The position numbers and the translations under genes were made by a program. The notes beneath the pieces are model-generated. The model was not told the DNA's origin and did no database searches. It saw nothing but the letters and a program-made list of their open reading frames with translations. This document shows positions 39,510 to 45,725 of a stretch of DNA of 45,725 nt, piece after piece. Positions within the stretch are counted from its first letter, which is position 1, and every line of letters starts with the position of its first letter. Origin of the DNA: Coleofasciculus chthonoplastes F2-STO-03 (GTDB lineage: Bacteria; Cyanobacteriota; Cyanobacteriia; Cyanobacteriales; Coleofasciculaceae); assembly GCA_040222015.1 (NCBI GenBank), contig JAVJWO010000218.1:1-45725 (forward strand), read 5' to 3'.

Positions 39510-40325
39510 ATCGGGTTCGATTGCGGGCTGAGCAACACTGAGATCTAAGAAATTTTGGTGTTTTAATATTTCAAATAGGTTTACCTCGGTTTCCAGAAAA
39601 CAAGCATGACCTGACTTTGGCAGCACTGACATCGTAGCGTTTGGCAGATAGTTGACTAAGGATTTGGCTTCTGAGACTGAAGACCACAACCGATCCGCAG
39701 CGCTGGCGAGAATGAGGACGGGTTGGGTTAACTGTTCGAGTTCTCCTGGATTAACTTTAAAATTCCTCAGCATGGAGACTCGCCAATGCATCGTTTTTGC
39801 TGGCAAAGACCGCATTGCTTCTAAGAGGGCGCGGCGATTTCTGGGAATCATCCGATTGAGGGATGATAAGACGGGTAACACTGTCAAAGTAGATAGGTGA
39901 TAAACATTATCGGGTAATACGCCTAACCATTGTGATCCCCACAGCAACCAAGAGGGTTGACTCACGGATGTGGCTGGGTTACTTAAAATGATTCGGTATA
40001 ACAGATGGGGGGCGGTGAGGGCGACCTTTAGCGCTAAAGAGCCACCAAAGGACTCGCCACACAGATAAACGCTTTGGTTGCGTCGTTGGCTGAGTTCTGT
40101 GGCAATTAAGCTAGCCACCTGATTGGCTAAGTCTTGCCAGTTACTCAAATCATGGGGAGGAATGACCAAACAACGAATATCAAACGCTGCGGCTAAGTTG
40201 GGTATCTGCGATCGCAAGAGCTGACCGGTTCCATCCATCCCCGGTAAATAGACAAACAAGGGATAATCCGGATTTGGCGATCGCGGTTTCAGAAAATCAG
40301 GATAACTTTTTAGCTCTGGCATCAT
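39486..40325 (-). CDS. Alpha/beta hydrolase (esterase/lipase-like)
   Basis: YLPGMDGTG, nucleophile motif GESFGG, D and GH of the triad; ATG 40325 preferred over the upstream TTG. Confidence 0.88.
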   Translation of the reverse strand: MMPELKSYPDFLKPRSPNPDYPLFVYLPGMDGTGQLLRSQIPNLAAAFDIRCLVIPPHDLSNWQDLANQVASLIATELSQRRNQSVYLCGESFGGSLALKVALTAPHLLYRIILSNPATSVSQPSWLLWGSQWLGVLPDNVYHLSTLTVLPVLSSLNRMIPRNRRALLEAMRSLPAKTMHWRVSMLRNFKVNPGELEQLTQPVLILASAADRLWSSVSEAKSLVNYLPNATMSVLPKSGHACFLETEVNLFEILKHQNFLDLSVAQPAIEPDLSEIIGV

Positions 40326-40836
40326 TGACTTTAGGTAGCCTTCGCTTATACTAGACAATTTCCCCCCTAGGGGCTTTCTCGGCTAACGCTGAGATCTGTA
40401 TCGATTAGTCCTGACACAACCCTTAGGGATCGTTATTTAATCTTTCTTTACAATAAGCGGTAATACCGCTGACTGGCAAATATTCTGAAGGTGGGGATGA
40501 TTGAAATGGTGGGGAATAGGGGAACAATTAGGGAGCAGGGGCAGCTTATCGCAGTAGTCTTAGCCCCAATTCAACAACAGGAGTTGACAAAATCGCTATT
40601 ATATGAATATACGGCAAATTACCAAGACTTACCTCTGCTGCTGCTAACCAATTCCTTGTCAAACAAGAGTTTGGCAGTTCGTCCAAGATACGGAAACACT
40701 ACCCTAACTGTGTAGGTCTTGTACAGTATCGGGTAATCAGTTAGACTAACAGCTTGTCTACTCGCGCTGACTAAACGAGAAGATGGTTGGGAAGGGAGCA
40801 TCTATTTCTTTCATAAAAAACTGAGGCATAAAAATC

Positions 40837-41454
40837 ATGTTGAATAATTTTAGTACCGATCCCATTTTTACACCTGAACAAGTTTTAGAAAATCGCGGTC
40901 GGGTTGCCATATTCATTGATGGCTCAAATCTATTTTATGCAGCCCTGCAATTAGGCATTGAAATTGATTACACCAAACTGTTGGTTCGTTTAACGGCTGG
41001 TTCACGATTACTGCGCTCCTTCTTTTACACTGGTGTTGATCGCACCAATGAAAAGCAGCAAGGCTTTTTGCTGTGGATGCGCCGTAATGGATACCGGGTC
41101 ATTGCTAAGGATTTAGTCCAGTTACCCGATGGCTCGAAAAAAGCGAATCTAGATGTCGAAATTGCTGTCGATATGATGGCATTAGTGGGGTCTTATGATA
41201 CTGCCATTCTCGTCAGTGGTGATGGTGATCTAGCTTATGCGGTAGATGCCGTCAGTTACCGAGGAGTGCGGGTTGAGGTGGTTAGTTTACGTTCAATGAC
41301 TAGCGATAGTCTGATTAATGTCGCGGATCGATATATTGATCTGGATCAGATTCAAGAAAGTATCCGCAAATCCCCACGACAAAACTATACCTATCGTCCT
41401 TTATCCGGTATTGGTATGATGGATGATCACGGAGATCCTTCCATGGGTCATTAA
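40837..41454 (+). CDS. NYN domain protein (LabA/DUF88 family)
   Basis: IFIDGSN, K.NLDVEIAVD, SGDGD motifs. Confidence 0.92.
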   Translation: MLNNFSTDPIFTPEQVLENRGRVAIFIDGSNLFYAALQLGIEIDYTKLLVRLTAGSRLLRSFFYTGVDRTNEKQQGFLLWMRRNGYRVIAKDLVQLPDGSKKANLDVEIAVDMMALVGSYDTAILVSGDGDLAYAVDAVSYRGVRVEVVSLRSMTSDSLINVADRYIDLDQIQESIRKSPRQNYTYRPLSGIGMMDDHGDPSMGH

Positions 41455-41562
41455 GCTGTTCGTCATTGAAACGTTATTGTCAATAATGGCAATGGCGAAA
41501 TTCTGGTAATGCGAGCCAGAAAGCTCGCTACGAATACCCGAATTTGAATTCATGACAGCTTA
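41452..41562. mobile_element. MITE-like element, copy 3 (shorter, diverged)
   Basis: TAAGCTGT...ACAGCTTA ends; shares TCAATAATGGC and GCTCGCTAC with copy 1; its first TAA is the NYN gene stop. Confidence 0.7.
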
Positions 41563-41646
41563 CTCATGAGTTATGAGTCATTAGTCCTGAGTTTTTAGCG
41601 ATAAGGACTAATGACTCATCATCAAAATTTCACTCAGCTAGCTCCA

Positions 41647-42789
41647 ATGATTTTGAGTTGGAAACGATGTTTTGCAGTGAGCCTCTGTCTATTGGCTTAT
41701 GCTCCACTCTTCGGCTGTCAGACTGATAGTCAAACGGTCAAGAAAATTCAACAAGATACAGAGTCTACCGATATTGAAGGCTCTCTTGTATTCAACAATG
41801 TCACCTTGGAGCAAGCTGATGAACAAGGTCGTCCTTTATGGCGGGTAAAAGCTAACCAAGCAACTTATACTAAAGACAAAAAAATAGCTAAAGTTGAACA
41901 GCCCATCGGTGATTTATTTCAGGATGGAAAGGTTATTTTAAAAGTATCAGCCAAGAGTGGGGAAGTTCGGGAAGATGGGAAACAAATCTTTCTGCGAGGA
42001 GATATTACGGCTACCGATACCCGCAATGGCGCGGTTTTTAAGGGTGAGGAGTTGGAGTGGTTACCTCAGGATGAGTTGTTAGTGGTACGCCGAAACTTAG
42101 AGGGACGCCATCCTGAACAAATCGATGTCACGGCTAATGAAGGACAGTATTTAACCCGAAGTGAGCAAATGGAACTTAAAGGCTCTGTTCAGGCAATCTC
42201 GAAAGATCCCAATGTGCAACTGAAAACAGAGCAGTTACTTTGGCAAATCAAAGGGCAAAAGTTAATTGGGGATCAACGGACTCATCTCGAACGGTACAAG
42301 GATAACACTGTAACCGATCGCGTAGTCGCTAACCAGACGGACTATAACCTCAAAACCAAAGTCGCGATCCTGAAAAAAGATGTTCAGCTTACGTCCATTG
42401 ATCCCCCGGTTTTAATATCCAGCAATGAGGTAATCTGGGATGTCAAGGCGGACACAGTCCGCTCAAATCAGCCTGTTCAAATTGTCCATCAGGAGGAGAA
42501 GGTGGTGATTACGGCGAATCAGGGACAGGTGGATTTAGAGAGCGAAGTCGCCAATTTAAAGGGGGGTGTCCAAGGGGTAGGAAGTCGCAATCAAGCAGAA
42601 CTCTATGCCAATCAGGTTAGGTGGGACATTCCCACTCAGAAGATGCAGGCGTCAGGAAATGTGATTTATAAGCAAATTGATCCCCCCTTTAATGTCACCG
42701 GAGCCACCGCCGTGGGTAAATTACAGGATCAGAGCATGATCGTCAGGAGTGGATCGAGCGATCGCGTCGTCACCGAAATTGTCCCCTAG
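41647..42789 (+). CDS. lptC: LPS export periplasmic protein LptC (cyanobacterial multi-jellyroll form)
   Basis: Lipobox-like LFGC; VTLEQADEQGRPLW.V.A and repeated beta-jellyroll patterns; start 41647 or 41611. Confidence 0.8.
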   Translation: MILSWKRCFAVSLCLLAYAPLFGCQTDSQTVKKIQQDTESTDIEGSLVFNNVTLEQADEQGRPLWRVKANQATYTKDKKIAKVEQPIGDLFQDGKVILKVSAKSGEVREDGKQIFLRGDITATDTRNGAVFKGEELEWLPQDELLVVRRNLEGRHPEQIDVTANEGQYLTRSEQMELKGSVQAISKDPNVQLKTEQLLWQIKGQKLIGDQRTHLERYKDNTVTDRVVANQTDYNLKTKVAILKKDVQLTSIDPPVLISSNEVIWDVKADTVRSNQPVQIVHQEEKVVITANQGQVDLESEVANLKGGVQGVGSRNQAELYANQVRWDIPTQKMQASGNVIYKQIDPPFNVTGATAVGKLQDQSMIVRSGSSDRVVTEIVP

Positions 42790-42794
42790 AGGAA

Positions 42795-43017
42795 GCAGGG
42801 GGAGCTGGGGGAGCTGGGGGAGCTGGGGGAGAAGAGACGTTCCGATGAAACATCTTTTGTAGGGGCGGGTTTTACTACTAACATTTCGTTTTCACCCTGA
42901 TGTAACTAAACCCGCCCCAACCTAACCATTCAATTATCGCAAATGACGTAGCTTGCTTCTCGCGATAGCGAGTATGACGAATGACCAATGACCAATGACC
43001 AATGACCAATGACCAAT
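42795..43017. repeat. Repeat cluster between convergent lptC and tolC
   Basis: (GGGGGAGCT)n, REP-like GTAGGGGCGGGTTT...AAACCCGCCCC at 42859-42918, STRR2-like (AATGACC)x5 at 42980-43017. Confidence 0.85.
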
Positions 43018-43018
43018 C

Positions 43019-44953
43019 CTAAGGCACATCAAAAAGAATACTATTGGGCAGATTACTAATAGCACGTTGCAGGGTGGCTAGCGCTCGGTTGTAGTCTAGT
43101 ATTGCTGTCAATAGGTTGACTCTGGAACGAGTTAATGCTGTTTGCTGATTAATTACATCGGTTTGAGTCCCTACCCCTGCTCCAAATCGTAACCGTGCTA
43201 ATCGTAAACTTTCTTGTGCCTGTTCTAGAGCAAAGGATGCAGTTTGAATATTCTCCTGGCTAGCTTTTAACTGGAAAAAAGCTTGTTCAACCTCAAGGCG
43301 AATTTGGTCACGCTCACTGGCAAAATTGGATTCCGCGATCGCCACATCGGCTTCGGCTTGTCTGGCTCTGGCTTTCGCGGCTCCCCCATCAAAGAAATCC
43401 CACTGAAGTCGCGCTCCTAGGGTTAAGCCATCAGTCGGACCATCACTATCATCCAACTGGGCGGAAATATTATATTGAGCAAACAGATTCACCTGGGGTT
43501 TATTGGCGGCTAGGGCAATGCGTTGTTGTTGTTCATCGATATTGCGTTGTGCCAGTTGCTGTTCTAACTCCGCCCGGTTTTTCAGTGCTAAAATAATGCT
43601 TTCTTCTAGGGAGAGTTCCCAGTCCCCTGCCACATTGATTGGATCAGCCGCAGAAATTCCCACCTGCTGATCCAAACTTAACAATTGTGCAATTTGGCGG
43701 CGGGCAATGCGTTGCTGACTGATGGCGTTGGTTAACGCTTGATTATTATTGGCGAGTTCCACCTGCGCCTGCAACACTTCAAATCGAGTTCCTAAGCCAG
43801 CTTGTTCGAGTAACTGGGCATCCCGTAGACTGCGAGCCGCATCATTAACCGCCGCTTGGCTAATTTCGACTTCGGCATCTGCTTGTTGTAAATTGTAGTA
43901 AGTCCTAGTCACATTTAGTCGTAAATCTGCCAGGATGCTTTCTAAACCCAGTTGTTGGAAGCGTACCTGTTGTTCGGCAGCTTGAATGGCTGCGGGACGA
44001 CGCCCCGCTGTATAAGCTGCATAATTTAATTCCAGTCTGGTATCAAAGTTTGTCGATGTGAAAGTTTGGCTGCCTTGAAACTGTAGCTGTTGTTCCGACT
44101 CAGTTCGGACAAATTCGGCAATGGCACTAATCGATGGAAACTCGGCAGCTAGGCCTTCTTGCAGCGCAAACTCCGCTCGTTCTAACTGGAATCTAGCGAT
44201 TTGTAACTGTTGATTGTTACGCCGTGCCAATTCTATTGCCTGTTCTAGGGTAATGGGCTGAGTCGTCTGCACTTGGACTTCTTCGGTTTCGGTGGGAAAC
44301 AGCAATGGATTAGCACTGGGATTGAGTAATTCTGATATCGGTAGATCAGGAGTGGTAGACGGTATTGGCACAGATTCAATCTCTGGTGTGAGAAAGTCGG
44401 GTAAAGGTGTTTCGGGTTCCTCTAGCGTGGGAAGGGGAGGAAGGAATTCAGGGGTTTGACCAATCGAATTTTCTGGCTGTTGGGTAACGAGTTGCTTAGA
44501 GTCTTGAGCCAGTTCTGTGGGATTGGGGGAATGTTCAGTCTCAGAGGTTACGGGTTCACTTGTCGAGTTCAAGGACTCACTTGTCTGAGCATGGGTTGGT
44601 TCCTCTATGGTGTTCCGGTGGAAATGACGTTGCTTCCTTTTGATCGCGCCTAAGCTCGTGCTGAAGCCATCAGGATCAATTCCTTCTGCCATCTGCCTGG
44701 TTGGTGAGCCTGTCGAACCACTGCCATCTACCTTTGGTCGGTCATCGTCCGCATCAACGAGTACGTTCTCCTCAGTCGATTGGGGAGCCACATCTGTCAA
44801 TCCTCTGTGTGTCACCTCATCACGTTGATGAGTTGGGGCTTGACGTTGAAAAGTAAGCGGCGACGGTAAATCTTGAGAGGCGCTTGGTTTTGTATAGATC
44901 AGAGCGATCGCAGTCCCCACACCTAGAGCGACAAAATCACGAAACGTTGGCAT
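43019..44953 (-). CDS. tolC: TolC family outer membrane efflux protein (HgdD-like)
   Basis: ITLEQAIELARRNN, two OEP halves (AGLGTRFEVLQAQ; AGVGTQTDV), long low-complexity N-terminus. Confidence 0.92.
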   Translation of the reverse strand: MPTFRDFVALGVGTAIALIYTKPSASQDLPSPLTFQRQAPTHQRDEVTHRGLTDVAPQSTEENVLVDADDDRPKVDGSGSTGSPTRQMAEGIDPDGFSTSLGAIKRKQRHFHRNTIEEPTHAQTSESLNSTSEPVTSETEHSPNPTELAQDSKQLVTQQPENSIGQTPEFLPPLPTLEEPETPLPDFLTPEIESVPIPSTTPDLPISELLNPSANPLLFPTETEEVQVQTTQPITLEQAIELARRNNQQLQIARFQLERAEFALQEGLAAEFPSISAIAEFVRTESEQQLQFQGSQTFTSTNFDTRLELNYAAYTAGRRPAAIQAAEQQVRFQQLGLESILADLRLNVTRTYYNLQQADAEVEISQAAVNDAARSLRDAQLLEQAGLGTRFEVLQAQVELANNNQALTNAISQQRIARRQIAQLLSLDQQVGISAADPINVAGDWELSLEESIILALKNRAELEQQLAQRNIDEQQQRIALAANKPQVNLFAQYNISAQLDDSDGPTDGLTLGARLQWDFFDGGAAKARARQAEADVAIAESNFASERDQIRLEVEQAFFQLKASQENIQTASFALEQAQESLRLARLRFGAGVGTQTDVINQQTALTRSRVNLLTAILDYNRALATLQRAISNLPNSILFDVP

Positions 44954-45209
44954 AAGTTTAAAGTTGGGTCTTTAGTCTAAAAAAATTATTTTGCTTCCAT
45001 TGGTAGAGTTACCATAGGCAGAATAATCGTTGAGCTGCGAGCTTGGCAAACCTATCAAGCTAAGAGTATCTCAATCAATCTTGACACAAGGAATCAGAAG
45101 CATCTCATGGTGGTATGCCGTTAAATCGCTTCTAAAAACCTAGACAAACCTACCCATAAGTAATTCTGTCTTGGTATAAGTCCACGGTGTAACTTTTGGT
45201 CGATAACCG

Positions 45210-45725
45210 TTAACGCTTACGCTTGGCTGATACCCGGCATTGTCGCTCGATATCAGCTTTAACCAACGGCTCCCAGTTAGAGACATTGTAGTAATCGTGT
45301 CTACGATTGACTACAGGGCATCGACCAATAAAATTATTAAATTGATATAGAGCACTCCATACGTGCTTTCTCGGATTCACTCCGAGATAGGCGGACACAG
45401 AGCGCGGCAATCTCTCACTCAAATTCATACCTCTTCTGGCAATTGCTAGGGCTGCCGCCACATCAGATGATAGTCCATACATCCGACTATATTTAACCAA
45501 TCCAATCAAACTCGTGTAAGCTGGATTGCACAAAGAAAGAGATATTCCTCGGTTGGATAAAATCGATGACAAAATCTGATAAAAACGACTGTATGCCCAG
45601 GCAGAAAGCATTCTAGCATATTTTTTCCCACGCTCTCTTAATTGAGCTTTCTTGGTGGAAAAATCCAAGCTTTCGCACAGAACGGGGCAGGCAAAATTCC
45701 TGGCTAAAACGGACAATTTCAAACA
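45210..45725 (-). mobile_element. 3' part of an IS200/IS605/IS607-type TnpB-related gene (cut by the window edge)
   Basis: LCESLDF (RuvC-II-like), LSAWAYSRF, NPAYTSLIG, AAALAIARRG. Confidence 0.82.

Noticed and set aside
442..44828. Numerous 60-115 aa ORFs overlapping or antisense to long genes
   Set aside because: Shadow ORFs with no recognisable motifs, overlapping well-supported CDSs
1..45725. CRISPR array
   Set aside because: No run of equal-length direct repeats with unique spacers seen; repeats are tandem heptamers/nonamers, REP-like hairpins or MITEs
1..45725. Complete DGR cassette (RT, TR, avd) within the window
   Set aside because: No reverse transcriptase ORF and no second copy of 6710-6844 found by eye

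Overview
A 45.7-kb chromosomal window from a cyanobacterium. The evidence is frequent HIP1 GCGATCGC octamers, STRR-type tandem repeats, crtR, COP23 and Pilin_GH genes. The repeat load and gene content suggest a large-genome filamentous taxon such as Coleofasciculus, which is inference only. Core genes are pflB-pflA, leuS, mtnP, crtR, a LabA/NYN protein, lptC and tolC. Between them lie signalling and accessory genes: Ser/Thr kinases, WD40 proteins, a GAF/PAS histidine kinase, Rpn nucleases, decayed toxin-antitoxin pairs, gene fragments, MITEs, REP-like hairpins and a partial TnpB-related gene. Most notable: (1) a kinase-FGE/CLec gene whose 3' end looks like a diversity-generating-retroelement variable region with a downstream GC hairpin, while no RT or template repeat is visible here; (2) a clostridial HfsA/HydS-like ferredoxin plus PAS module behind pflBA; (3) a tandem array of membrane kinases with divergent C-termini, including a kinase-pilin-TPR fusion and a near-duplicate kinase-less copy; (4) small mobile repeats inserted in frame into protein genes. 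All family calls come from reading motifs by eye, and no database searches were run.
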